Source: Deltaproteobacteria bacterium (GTDB lineage: Bacteria; Myxococcota; Kuafuiibacteriia; Kuafuiibacteriales; Kuafuiibacteriaceae). From it: a stretch of 64,000 nucleotides of DNA. Position numbers and translations under genes: made by a program. Under the pieces are notes generated by a model. The model was not told the origin of the DNA. It did not search any database and was given only the letters and a program-made list of their open reading frames with translations. This document shows, in pieces, positions 10,789 to 19,845 of this stretch. The stretch covers positions 1-64,000 of the forward strand of contig JAVJQW010000049.1 of the NCBI GenBank assembly GCA_040218735.1, given 5' to 3'. Position 1 is the stretch's first letter; each line of letters begins with the position of its first letter.

Positions 10789-12479
10789 TGCTTCGGCTGG
10801 AGTTCCGATTCCTTGCGGGCCGCTATCACGCGACGCCCTGGGACCATCACGTGAACGAAGGCTCCGTCGAGTGGCCTCCGAGCCCCGCTCGGATCCTCCG
10901 CGCGCTCCTCGCAGCGAGCTACGTCGAGGCCGAGACGCCTGACGAGCCTCCGAGTGACGCCGTTGCACTGCTGGAGCGGCTCGCTTCCGTGCTCCCGACG
11001 TACTTCGTACCACCCGCGCGGACGGCGCACCTGCGACACTACATGCCAGCAGGCAACACGACGACGAAGGTGCTCGACAGCTTCCTGCGCTTCGAAGACG
11101 CGACGGTCGGCCGGGACCAGCGCGTTCTCGGCGGCGCGAGTTCACTGTGGGTGGACTGGCCCATCGAGCTGGACACCGAGGAGCGCTGCGTCCTCCAGCG
11201 GCTCCTCGAACGAGTCGGGTACCTCGGCCGCGCAGAGAGCTGGTGCTCCGTCGCCGTCGTCGATCCGGAGGTCGAGGAGGCCGGAGATCGCGTTCGCGTC
11301 TTGCCGGATCTCGCCGCAGCGACCTCGTCGACATCGATGCGACTCCTCGCGTGGTCGGACCCGACGCACTGGGCGACTTGGCGGACCGAGGCCGTCGAGC
11401 GCAGTCTGGGCGCGGAGGCGTCCCGGAAGGGGTCGGCACTCTCGAACGCGCAGAGAACTCGTGTGGCGTCTACGGTGCCCGAGCGCTGGATCGACGCGCT
11501 GAGTACGCAGTCGTCTGCTGTTGCGAAGCACGGCTGGTCGCAGCCACCAGGCACACGGTGGTGCGTCTACCGCGCCGATCGTCCGCTCTTGGAGACGACG
11601 GCTCCCCGCACGCAGCGCCGGTCTCGCCCGAGTGATCGCGTGAACTTCGTGATACTCACGCTCGCTTCGACAGCGAAACACCGCGAGGTCCTCCCCAGGC
11701 TCACGCGGTGCGTTCGACAGGCGGAGTTGTTGCACTCACGACTTGCGAAGGCGCTCCACCCGCACGGCTCGGTCCCGCTGCTCGGAGCGTCGAACCACGA
11801 GGCGATTCCGTCGGACCATCGACACGCCCATCTGCTGCCCGTCGATACGATCGCTCGACGACCGATGGCGGGCGCGACGCGAGCCCCCGGCGCGATCAAT
11901 CATATCCTCGTATGGTCGGACATGGGACTCGGTCACATCGAGCTGTCCGCGCTCCGTCGTGTCGACCGACTGGAGCGTCGACGTCGCGATCATAGCGCCG
12001 AGGATTCCGGCAGGCGGGTGGCGGACGAGGACCTCTTCGTTACCGTGGTGGTGGAGGGAGACCGCAACGCCGTTGAACGCTTCGGGTTGAACGGGCGCGA
12101 GCTGCGCAACTTGGTCGGCGCGTCGGACGTCTTCGAGTCGGTGACACCCTACGTTCCAGCACGGCATCTCAAGCGCTCACACAACGTCATCGATGACGTT
12201 CGCCGTGAGCTGTCGCAGCGCCCGTCCATCCTCGAACAGGTCAGCGAGCCGAAGGACGACTGGCTCGACGGGGTCCAAGTCGAGGTCTTGTCGCGCGAGA
12301 TAGGACTGAAGAAGCGGTTGCGCGACTTCGAGCGTCGACGAGAGCGCTACGACCGTCGGCCGCCGACGGCCCGCTTCTTTGGGCTGCGCGTGGTGCTGCC
12401 AACGCCGATCAAAGGCCCTGTCGCACTTGGGTTCGGCAGTCACTTCGGCCTGGGGCTCTTCGAAGCCGTCGACCGGTGA
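10788..12479 (+). CDS. csb2: Type I-G Cas5/Cas6 fusion (Csb2)
   Basis: GRYHATPW..EWPPSPARILRAL, YLGRAESW, SVTPY and C-terminal Gly-rich GPVALGFGSHFGLGLF. Confidence 0.94.
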   Translation: MLRLEFRFLAGRYHATPWDHHVNEGSVEWPPSPARILRALLAASYVEAETPDEPPSDAVALLERLASVLPTYFVPPARTAHLRHYMPAGNTTTKVLDSFLRFEDATVGRDQRVLGGASSLWVDWPIELDTEERCVLQRLLERVGYLGRAESWCSVAVVDPEVEEAGDRVRVLPDLAAATSSTSMRLLAWSDPTHWATWRTEAVERSLGAEASRKGSALSNAQRTRVASTVPERWIDALSTQSSAVAKHGWSQPPGTRWCVYRADRPLLETTAPRTQRRSRPSDRVNFVILTLASTAKHREVLPRLTRCVRQAELLHSRLAKALHPHGSVPLLGASNHEAIPSDHRHAHLLPVDTIARRPMAGATRAPGAINHILVWSDMGLGHIELSALRRVDRLERRRRDHSAEDSGRRVADEDLFVTVVVEGDRNAVERFGLNGRELRNLVGASDVFESVTPYVPARHLKRSHNVIDDVRRELSQRPSILEQVSEPKDDWLDGVQVEVLSREIGLKKRLRDFERRRERYDRRPPTARFFGLRVVLPTPIKGPVALGFGSHFGLGLFEAVDR

Positions 12480-12590
12480 ACCGTCGCGCGTGACACGCGG
12501 CGTGTGTCACGGGCCGTGACATCCTCGCCTCCGCGCGCGCGCGGCGGGTGAGGATCGGCGTGGCACGGCGCGTGCGAAGTGCCCAGGACC

Positions 12591-13589
12591 ATGCCTGGAC
12601 AGATTGCCGCGGCTGCCGCCGCATCGAAGCTCGCCGCCGCTGCCGCCGCCAAGGGAGGAGGCGGCTCGAGCCTCGCCTCCATCGCGAAGATCGTCGGGAG
12701 CGGCGCGCCGGGCGCCGCCGAGATCCTCAAGACGATCGTTGGAAACGAGGCCCAACAGATCAACAACAACGAGCGGAACGCCGCGATTCGGGAGGTCCAG
12801 GAGTACAAGAAGGCGTACGGCCTGGGCGTCTCGACGCTGATCATGATCGAGAACGGGACGGGCGCGCCGCTCACGCTCAGCAACGCGCCGGCCCCGGTCT
12901 CGTTCCACGGGCGCCTGCACCAGGGGGCGTGGGATCCGACGATCGACGCCGGATTCACCGAGACCGTCCTGCACGTGAAGAAGGACGCCGCGATGAAGGG
13001 GTCGTCGGGCGCCGTCGTCTACGAGGGCACGACGCCGAACGGGACGCCGATCGACGTCTTCTTCGGCTGGGACACGCCGTACAGCGGCAAGAACTACTGC
13101 TTCTGCGAGGTCATGCCGCGCGGCCACTGGAGCGGCGAGATCACGCCGCAGTGGATGAAGGACAACAAGATCACCGGGCTCGAGCGGGAGACGTACCGGC
13201 ACGACTTCATGGGCTGCGTGGCCATCGCGTCGATCGGTCAGTCCGCGTCGCCGATCCTGCACTGCTCGCTGCAGTACCGGCGCTTGGATCCGCTGTTCCT
13301 GACGGTGAAGGGCAAGACGGCGACGAGCGTCGATCTCGAGTTGTCGCAGGTCGTCGGGGCGAAGCGCTACTTCGTCTACGTGGACAACCACGCCGAAGCG
13401 CAGGACGACTTCGTGCCCGCGCTCTTCCAACAGATCGAGCACGTCGACGACACCTCGCGGAGCGTGAAGATCGACGGCCTGCGCGCCGACTCGATCTGCC
13501 GGATCGTCGTCGCCGCGCAGGACGAGTACGGGGTGTCGGTCGAGAGCGAGACGTTGGCGGTGCGAACCCAAGCGTCCGCGGCGGCGTGA
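12591..13589 (+). CDS. JIP23/Nakanori (actinoporin-like) domain protein with C-terminal FN3-like domain
   Basis: YGLGVSTL..NGTG..HG..LHV..GSSGAVVY..W.TPYSGKN..E...GH pattern resembles plant 23-kDa jasmonate-induced proteins. The C-terminal ~95 aa look FN3-like (KIDGLRADSICRIVVAAQD). Confidence 0.72.
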   Translation: MPGQIAAAAAASKLAAAAAAKGGGGSSLASIAKIVGSGAPGAAEILKTIVGNEAQQINNNERNAAIREVQEYKKAYGLGVSTLIMIENGTGAPLTLSNAPAPVSFHGRLHQGAWDPTIDAGFTETVLHVKKDAAMKGSSGAVVYEGTTPNGTPIDVFFGWDTPYSGKNYCFCEVMPRGHWSGEITPQWMKDNKITGLERETYRHDFMGCVAIASIGQSASPILHCSLQYRRLDPLFLTVKGKTATSVDLELSQVVGAKRYFVYVDNHAEAQDDFVPALFQQIEHVDDTSRSVKIDGLRADSICRIVVAAQDEYGVSVESETLAVRTQASAAA

Positions 13590-13590
13590 G

Positions 13591-14283
13591 CTACGGCGCG
13601 GGCAGGAGCGCTCTTAGGCTTGCGGGTGCCTCCAGCACGACGTTGTGGCCAGCGCCCTCGATCACTTCGACGCGTGCGTTCTCGAGGCCTTCGGCGATCG
13701 CGATGAACTTGGTGTCCTGCGCGCCGACGACGAACTTCAGCGGGACGTCGATCCGCGCGTTCCGGTAGTCGGGCATCGACGACAGCGCAAACGCCTCGAA
13801 CGCGTCTGCGAGGCGGTACGGATCGTGGCGCCGGCGAATGCGCTCCTGCGCCGCGAGGGCCTCGGGCGGCAAGCTGCGTTGCGAGGTGAACAGCGGGAGC
13901 GCGCGCCAGGTCGCGAGGAAGGCGTCGAGCCCCTCTTCGCGGAGTTGGGCTGCGATGGTCGCTTCCCACGCGCGTCGGGCGGGGCGCTCTGCGTCGTCGA
14001 TGCCGAAGTTCGCGCCGATCAGCGTCGCGGAGGCGAAGCGCTCCGGGGTGGCGACGACGGCCCCGAGCGCGAGGCGGCCGCCCATCGAATAACCGACGAG
14101 GTGAACGGGCGGCTCGAGCGCGGCGGCCGCGTCGACGACGAACGCGACGCCCCCTGCGAATCCTGCGCTCGGATCGATCGGGACGTCTTCGTGGCCGGGG
14201 AGGGTGACGGCGCGTTCGTGCGTGCGGACGCGATCCCAGCTCGCCGCGGCACCGGTGAAGCCGTGGAGGAGGAGCGTGCTCAA
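13591..14283 (-). CDS. MenH-like alpha/beta hydrolase (SHCHC synthase family)
   Basis: LLHGFTG, GYSMGGRLAL, LPLFTSQ, GAQDTKF and GAGHNV motifs; TTG start. Confidence 0.8.
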   Translation of the reverse strand: MSTLLLHGFTGAAASWDRVRTHERAVTLPGHEDVPIDPSAGFAGGVAFVVDAAAALEPPVHLVGYSMGGRLALGAVVATPERFASATLIGANFGIDDAERPARRAWEATIAAQLREEGLDAFLATWRALPLFTSQRSLPPEALAAQERIRRRHDPYRLADAFEAFALSSMPDYRNARIDVPLKFVVGAQDTKFIAIAEGLENARVEVIEGAGHNVVLEAPASLRALLPAP

Positions 14284-14924
14284 TCGACCGCCTCGAAGAG
14301 CGCTTCGAGCAGCGCCGCGTTGGCGCCGCGGTCCGGGTGCGCCCAACGTGAACGGGAGCGGGCGTGGATCTCGGTGACGCTCGACGTCGTCACGCGAACC
14401 TGGACCGCGACGTCGTGCCGGAACAAAAAGACGCCGCGTGTGACTTCGGCCTCGAAGTGCCGATCCGCTTCGTGGACGATCGACCAGCCGAGCTCTTCGG
14501 CGGCGTTCCTCACGCGCGCGAAGGCGGCGTCCGGGGGCGCGTCGATCCGTCGCGGCGCGACGAGGTCGGCGGGGCCGAGCGCACCGACCTCGTGCGCGGC
14601 GAACGCGACGGGGTCCTCGGTCGAGGTGGCCGCCTCCCAATGCTCGGCGCGCTGTCCGATCTGGCCGTAGACGATCGTGGTCAGGGAGGTGACGAACGCG
14701 AGCACGACGCCGATCCACCCGCGCCGGCGGGCGGGACGGTCGCGTTTCGCCAGCGCGACGAGCCCGATGCCGGAGCCCAAGGCGCTCGCGATCCCGGACA
14801 TCGACGAGAGGCTGTACCCGGCGCTCGGCTCCACGACGCCGAGCTGCGCGAGGAGCGGGCCGCTCACGAGGAGGACGAACGACGCTGCGCCGAGTCGGCT
14901 CGCGAAGGCGATCGGCGCGCTCAC
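14280..14924 (-). CDS. DUF1499-like membrane protein
   Basis: N-terminal TM helices and C-terminal FRHDVAVQV..IHARSRSR..DRGANA. Confidence 0.7.
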   Translation of the reverse strand: MSAPIAFASRLGAASFVLLVSGPLLAQLGVVEPSAGYSLSSMSGIASALGSGIGLVALAKRDRPARRRGWIGVVLAFVTSLTTIVYGQIGQRAEHWEAATSTEDPVAFAAHEVGALGPADLVAPRRIDAPPDAAFARVRNAAEELGWSIVHEADRHFEAEVTRGVFLFRHDVAVQVRVTTSSVTEIHARSRSRWAHPDRGANAALLEALFEAVD

Positions 14925-14973
14925 GATGGCGAGTTGTCACCCAGTCGACGTCGCGTGTACAGCCGACCCCACG

Positions 14974-15498
14974 ATGCGTATCCGCTTCGCCCTGTTGCTC
15001 CTGCTGACCGCGTGCCCCGCCGCCGACAAGGCGAAGCCGTCGGCCGACGCTCCGCCGAAGGACGACGCGCCGCCGGCGAGCCAGCCCGCGAGCCGCCCCG
15101 AGCCGAAGACGATCACGGTGAAGTACACGGACCCGACCTGCGGAGGCGCCGGACCGTGTGTCTGCGTGGGGGAGCTCGAGGTCGGGATGCAGCTGCTGCG
15201 ATCGGTCGGCGTCGAGGACGCGGCGCTCACCACCGGCACGCCGTGCCTGCTCGGTGACTTCGACGGCAACGGTCACGTCGACGGCGCGTTCCTCGAGCCG
15301 GGGCTCGGCGACAAACCCGCGGTGGCCGTCGGCGTCCTCATGTACGACGAGGGCGGGGTGATGGTCGCGACGAAGATCCCGAAGAAGGTCACGTCGCTCG
15401 CGATCCTCCGCGAGGAGAACCGGCAGGCGCTCATCGAGCCCGAGGCGCGGATGCGGTTCGACTTCGCGGACGGCAAGTTCGAGCCGAAGCGGATGTGA
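14974..15498 (+). CDS. Hypothetical lipoprotein
   Basis: MRIRFALLLLLTAC lipobox; GDFDGNG motif. Confidence 0.7.
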   Translation: MRIRFALLLLLTACPAADKAKPSADAPPKDDAPPASQPASRPEPKTITVKYTDPTCGGAGPCVCVGELEVGMQLLRSVGVEDAALTTGTPCLLGDFDGNGHVDGAFLEPGLGDKPAVAVGVLMYDEGGVMVATKIPKKVTSLAILREENRQALIEPEARMRFDFADGKFEPKRM

Positions 15499-15623
15499 GT
15501 CGCAGCGCGCGGTAACGTCCGAAACCTCCGCCGCGCGTCGCCGCGCGGGGAGCGCCGCGGGATGGTTCGTTCAGGGCTGACGGGCACTTGTGGTCCGGGG
15601 CGCGTTCGTGCCAAACGGTCCGC

Positions 15624-16697
15624 ATGCACTCCTGGTTCAAGACGACCATCCTCTGCGCCGCCGGCGCGCTGTTCGCCTGTCAGAACGCGACGCCCGCCAA
15701 GGCGCCGCCGAAGAGCGGTCCGTCCGCCACGATCCCGAAGGGCGCAGAAGACGAGGGGCGCCTCCCGGGCGACACCGTGGTCGCGACCTGGAACGGCGGG
15801 AAGATGACCTACGCCGAGCTCCTCGCGCAGCACCCGGCGCGCTTCAAGGCGATCCGCAACAAGTACCAGCAGGACCTCTACGAGCTCGAGCAGCAGGAGC
15901 TCGAGGGGCAGATCATCGACATGTTGATCGAGCAGGAGGCGAAGAAGGAGGGCATGAAGCCCGAGCCGTGGATCGAGAAGATCGCCGGCGACGCGAAGCC
16001 GACCGACGAGGACGCCAAGAAGTTCTACGAGGAGAACCTCAAGGACAAGGGGATGCAGTTCGAGCTGGTGCGCGAGCGCATCCTCCAGGTGCTCGAGCAG
16101 CAGGTGAAGGGCGAGCGCGTCCGCGCCAAGATCGAGGAGCTCAAGAAGAACGCCAACGTGAAGATGGACCTCCCGGCGCCGAAGGCGGCGGTCGCGGAGT
16201 TCGACCTCGCCGGTGCGCCCGTGAAGGGGCCGGCGGACGCGAAGGTGACGATCGTCGAGTTCTCGGACTTCGAGTGCCCCTACTGCTCGCGCGCGGTGCC
16301 CGGCGTGGAAGCGCTCCTCGACAAGTACAAGGGCAAGGTCCGCGTCGCGTTCCTGCACTTCCCGCTGTCGTTCCACCAGCGCGCGATGCCCGCCGCGATC
16401 GCCAGCATGTGCGCGCACCGCGAGGGCAAGTTCTGGGAGATGCACGACAAGATCTTCGACAACCAGGGGGAGCTCACCGACGCGAAGTTCGCCGAGCACG
16501 CAGCAGCGATCGGCCTCGACGCCGGCAAGTTCAAGGCGTGCCTCGGGGACGCGGAGATCGAGAAGAAGATCCGCGCCGACATGGAGCAGGCCATGACGGG
16601 CGGCGTGCAGGGCACGCCGTCGTTCTTCGTGAACGGCGTGAAGACGCAGGGTGTGCCGACGGTCGACGCGATCGAGAAGGCGCTCGCCGGTAGCTGA
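15624..16697 (+). CDS. DsbA-family thiol-disulfide oxidoreductase lipoprotein with SurA-like N-terminal domain
   Basis: Lipobox LFAC; VEFSDFECPYC, HFPL and GVQGTPSFFVNG motifs. Confidence 0.9.
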   Translation: MHSWFKTTILCAAGALFACQNATPAKAPPKSGPSATIPKGAEDEGRLPGDTVVATWNGGKMTYAELLAQHPARFKAIRNKYQQDLYELEQQELEGQIIDMLIEQEAKKEGMKPEPWIEKIAGDAKPTDEDAKKFYEENLKDKGMQFELVRERILQVLEQQVKGERVRAKIEELKKNANVKMDLPAPKAAVAEFDLAGAPVKGPADAKVTIVEFSDFECPYCSRAVPGVEALLDKYKGKVRVAFLHFPLSFHQRAMPAAIASMCAHREGKFWEMHDKIFDNQGELTDAKFAEHAAAIGLDAGKFKACLGDAEIEKKIRADMEQAMTGGVQGTPSFFVNGVKTQGVPTVDAIEKALAGS

Positions 16698-16700
16698 GAA

Positions 16701-17243
16701 GTGCGTCTCCCACTCGTCCAGCTCGCGGGTGCGTTCTACGGGGCGCTCGCCCTCGCCGCGGTCGGGTGGTGCTGGGTCACGGAGCGGGAGTCGGTCTTCT
16801 GGATCGGCGCCCCGCCCACGCTGGCCTCGGTCCTGTCCTGGTCCGCGATCGGTGCGTTGTTCGCGGGGATCGTCGTGCTCGCGACCGACGTCGCGGCGGA
16901 GCGCTTCGCGGTCGTCGAGGAGATGGGCAACGCCTTCGAGGACGTCCTCGGCCGCATCACCTGGGGCCAGGCGTTCCTCCTCGCGCTGTTCTCTTCGTTC
17001 GGCGAGGAGATGCTCTTCCGCGGCGCGCTGACGCCGTCCTTCGGTGTGTTCGGCTCCGCGGCGCTCTTCGCGATCGTGCACTGGCCGATGGAGAAGCGCC
17101 TGATGCTGTGGCCGATCTTCGCGCTGGTCGTCGGCCTGGCGCTCGGGTGGGCGTTCGAGACGAGCGGCCACCTCGCGGCGCCGATCGTCGCGCACTTCGG
17201 CGTGAACTTCGTGAACCTCGGGATGCTGAAGTACCGGGATTAG
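16701..17243 (+). CDS. CPBP (CAAX/Abi) intramembrane metalloprotease
   Basis: EEMLFRG, FAIVH and AHFGVN motifs; multiple TM segments. Confidence 0.88.
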   Translation: MRLPLVQLAGAFYGALALAAVGWCWVTERESVFWIGAPPTLASVLSWSAIGALFAGIVVLATDVAAERFAVVEEMGNAFEDVLGRITWGQAFLLALFSSFGEEMLFRGALTPSFGVFGSAALFAIVHWPMEKRLMLWPIFALVVGLALGWAFETSGHLAAPIVAHFGVNFVNLGMLKYRD

Positions 17244-17251
17244 AACCTCGT

Positions 17252-17290
17252 CGGGAGCGCGGCGCTCGCCGCGGCAACTCCCCAGGCATG
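17252..17290 (+). promoter_or_regulatory. Putative ECF promoter copy 1 (CGGGAGCG-N11-GCGGCAAC-N9-ATG)
   Basis: Identical boxes and spacing at 17252, 17455 and 20476. Confidence 0.7.
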
Positions 17291-17450
17291 AGACGAACGA
17301 ACGGGCTCGCGTTACTCGCGGTCCTCTCCGCCTGCGCGGCACCCGAAGCTCCGACGGCCGAGCGGTCCTCGGGGGGCGTCGATAGGCCTGGTCGCGGGGG
17401 ACCGCATCGTTCGACGCGACGGGCCGTGGGCCTGGGGCTTCGCGAGGTAG
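17288..17450 (+). pseudogene. Collapsed relic paralogue of the downstream FG-GAP/PBP lipoprotein gene
   Basis: Contains similar copies of that gene's 5' end (MRRTNGL..AC vs MKRTNGL..AC), middle (17379-17409 vs 19231-19261) and 3' end (17430-17450 vs 19825-19845). Confidence 0.75.
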
Positions 17451-17454
17451 AAGT

Positions 17455-17493
17455 CGGGAGCGGATCCCGCGGGGCGGCAACTCTCCGGGTATG
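17455..17493 (+). promoter_or_regulatory. Putative ECF promoter copy 2
   Basis: CGGGAGCG 17455-17462, GCGGCAAC 17474-17481, ATG 17491. Confidence 0.72.
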
Positions 17494-19845
17494 AAGCGAA
17501 CGAACGGGCTCCTGTTCCTCGGACTGTGGGCGTGCACCGCGCCGGATGGGCCGGTCGCCGAGCGCACGGAGGAGATCTCGGTTCGACCCGACCCGCTGCG
17601 CCTCGAGGCGGGGCCGATGCCCGGGGACGACGCGACGACCGACGTCGAGGTTCGGCGGTTCGGTGGGGCCGTAGCGACGGGTGACTTCGACGCGGACGGC
17701 ACTTTGGAGATCGTCGTCGGCATGCCGACGGCCAGCGATGGCGACACCGGGCGGTTCGCCGTTTACGCCCAGGACCCCGCGGGGCCCCAGCTTCTGGAGG
17801 TGTTCACGCCGGCCGCACTGTTCGGCGCGGTCGAGGAAGTTCACCACTTCGGGACGAGCGTCGCGGTCGGGAACATCAACTGCGACGGTTACGACGATCT
17901 CATCCTCGGCTTTCCGGAGCTCTACGCGGGGACGCTGTGGCGCCGGGGCGCGATCGCACTCGTGCCCGGTGGACCGAACGGGCTCGACGTTGCTGCGACC
18001 CAGACCATCCATCGGCAGGACGTCGACCCACCGCTGGTCGTCTCGTACGGCGCGCGGTTCGGCTCAGCGCTCGCGGTGGGTGACTTCGACGGGGACGGCT
18101 GCGCGGACCTCGCCGTGGGCGCCGAGACGCTGAGGCTCCCGCCGGACCGAGCTGGTGGGGTCTATGTGTTTCCGGGCACGAGCGCGGGGCCGGCGGTCGC
18201 GCAGGTCATACTCATCACGGCCGACGGGGTGCCGGGGACCGCGCCGCGCTACAACGCGCGCTTCGGTCACACACTCGCGGTTGGTGACTTCAACGGCGAT
18301 CTCCGAGACGACCTCGCGATCGGGGCGCCCTTCGACAACGTCCCAGCGACTGGCGACCACGGCGAAGTCGTCGTGCTCGACGGCGGGCCGACGGGCCTCG
18401 ATCTCGGTACCGCAAGGACGTACGACCAGGACGTCCTCGGCCTGCCGAAGAGCCCGCTCGAGCCGGGCGTTTCCTGGCAGAAGCGCGACGAGTTCGGGAC
18501 CGCGCTGGCGGCGGCGGACGTCGACGGCGACGGTATCGACGATCTCGCCGTGGGCTTAGGTGGCTACAACTTCGACGACGGGACCACCGTGCACGGAACC
18601 GTCGGCGCCGCCGCGCTGCTGTTGGGCCGGAGCGACGGCGATCTCTCGATCGACGCGCAGTACCTGTTCCTCTCCGACGTGGGCCTGGCCGACATCGGCA
18701 CCCAGTTCGGGGATCGTGGCTTCGTCCTCGCGGACCTCGACGAGGATGGCCGCGCGGACCTCGCCGTCAGCGCCACCGATCATCCCGGCGACGGCGGCCC
18801 GACCGGTATCGTCGCGCTCTACTACGGCGACGCGTCCGGCTTCACGACGGAGCGAAAGAAGTGGCTCGACATCCACGACGTGGACCCGAGCTGGGACTCC
18901 GTGGGCCTCGGTCACGCGCTCGCCGCGGGGGATCTCGACGGCGACGGACACGTCGACTTGATCGCCGGCGCGCCGTACACCACCGGAGGCGGTGTGGTGC
19001 ATGCGTTCGAGCCGCTCCCGCCGTTCCTGTCCACCGACTTCGACGCGGGGCTCCTCACCGACGGCCTCGGCGTCCGCTACATCGCCGACAAGATCCCCGA
19101 GGAGGCCTACCCGCTCGCCGACTTCGGCACGTTGCTCACGGGGCTCGTGGTGGTGGAGGCGATCGAGGCGGGGCGCCTCTCGGATCGTTCTGTGGTCACG
19201 GTCCCTCCGTCGGCGATCGTCGGCGGGCGCTCGATGGGCCTCGTCGCCGGGGATCGGATCGAGGTTCGAGATCTGTTGGCCGGCCTGATCCTGGCGAACG
19301 CCAACGACGCCGCCGTGACGCTCGCGATCGCGACGAGCGGCACCGAAGGCCGATTCGTCGACGCGATGGACGCGACGGTGGCACGCCTCGGACTCGTCGA
19401 CACCCACGTGGCCCACCCGCACGGTCGCAACCCGGCCGACGTCAACCCAGCTTGCCGCGGCGCGCGTCTCGACGACCCGGTCTGCGGCCACTCGAGCAAC
19501 GCCCAAGAGCTCGTCGTCCTCGCGCGCGCCGCGATCGATCAATCCCGCTACCGCAACCTCGCCGTCCGCCAGAGCTACGTCACGAGCACGTGGCGCGACG
19601 CCGCGGGCCGCGCGAAGGACCGCGCATTGTGCAACGGATACGCGCCGATTCGTTTGGGTGATGCGCACTGCTCGGCGTCGCCGCACTACGATCCGGACGC
19701 CGTGCTCGGCCTGTCCGGCGACGGCGTCTACTTCGGCTACGCATCACGCGGGCCGAAGTCGCTCCTGCTCGTCGGCCTCGGCGCGGCGGGTGCGGCGAAC
19801 TACGCCAGCGCAGCGGCGATGTTCGCCTGGGGCTTCACGAGGTGA
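17491..19845 (+). CDS. Lipoprotein: FG-GAP repeat propeller fused to a degenerate D-Ala-D-Ala carboxypeptidase (S11)-like domain
   Basis: Seven FG..LA.GD.DGDG..DL repeats, then LILANANDAAVTLA..FVDAMD..LGLVDTHVAHPHG..HSSNAQELVVLA. Confidence 0.85.
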   Translation: MKRTNGLLFLGLWACTAPDGPVAERTEEISVRPDPLRLEAGPMPGDDATTDVEVRRFGGAVATGDFDADGTLEIVVGMPTASDGDTGRFAVYAQDPAGPQLLEVFTPAALFGAVEEVHHFGTSVAVGNINCDGYDDLILGFPELYAGTLWRRGAIALVPGGPNGLDVAATQTIHRQDVDPPLVVSYGARFGSALAVGDFDGDGCADLAVGAETLRLPPDRAGGVYVFPGTSAGPAVAQVILITADGVPGTAPRYNARFGHTLAVGDFNGDLRDDLAIGAPFDNVPATGDHGEVVVLDGGPTGLDLGTARTYDQDVLGLPKSPLEPGVSWQKRDEFGTALAAADVDGDGIDDLAVGLGGYNFDDGTTVHGTVGAAALLLGRSDGDLSIDAQYLFLSDVGLADIGTQFGDRGFVLADLDEDGRADLAVSATDHPGDGGPTGIVALYYGDASGFTTERKKWLDIHDVDPSWDSVGLGHALAAGDLDGDGHVDLIAGAPYTTGGGVVHAFEPLPPFLSTDFDAGLLTDGLGVRYIADKIPEEAYPLADFGTLLTGLVVVEAIEAGRLSDRSVVTVPPSAIVGGRSMGLVAGDRIEVRDLLAGLILANANDAAVTLAIATSGTEGRFVDAMDATVARLGLVDTHVAHPHGRNPADVNPACRGARLDDPVCGHSSNAQELVVLARAAIDQSRYRNLAVRQSYVTSTWRDAAGRAKDRALCNGYAPIRLGDAHCSASPHYDPDAVLGLSGDGVYFGYASRGPKSLLLVGLGAAGAANYASAAAMFAWGFTR

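Noticed and set aside
16701-17243. Abi-type phage defence gene
   Set aside because: Ordinary CPBP protease coupled to dsbA, in a housekeeping context.
17858-17873. 16-nt match (GCGTCGCGGTCGGGAA) to the CRISPR repeat
   Set aside because: It encodes SVAVGN within an FG-GAP repeat; isolated, GC-rich and most likely chance.
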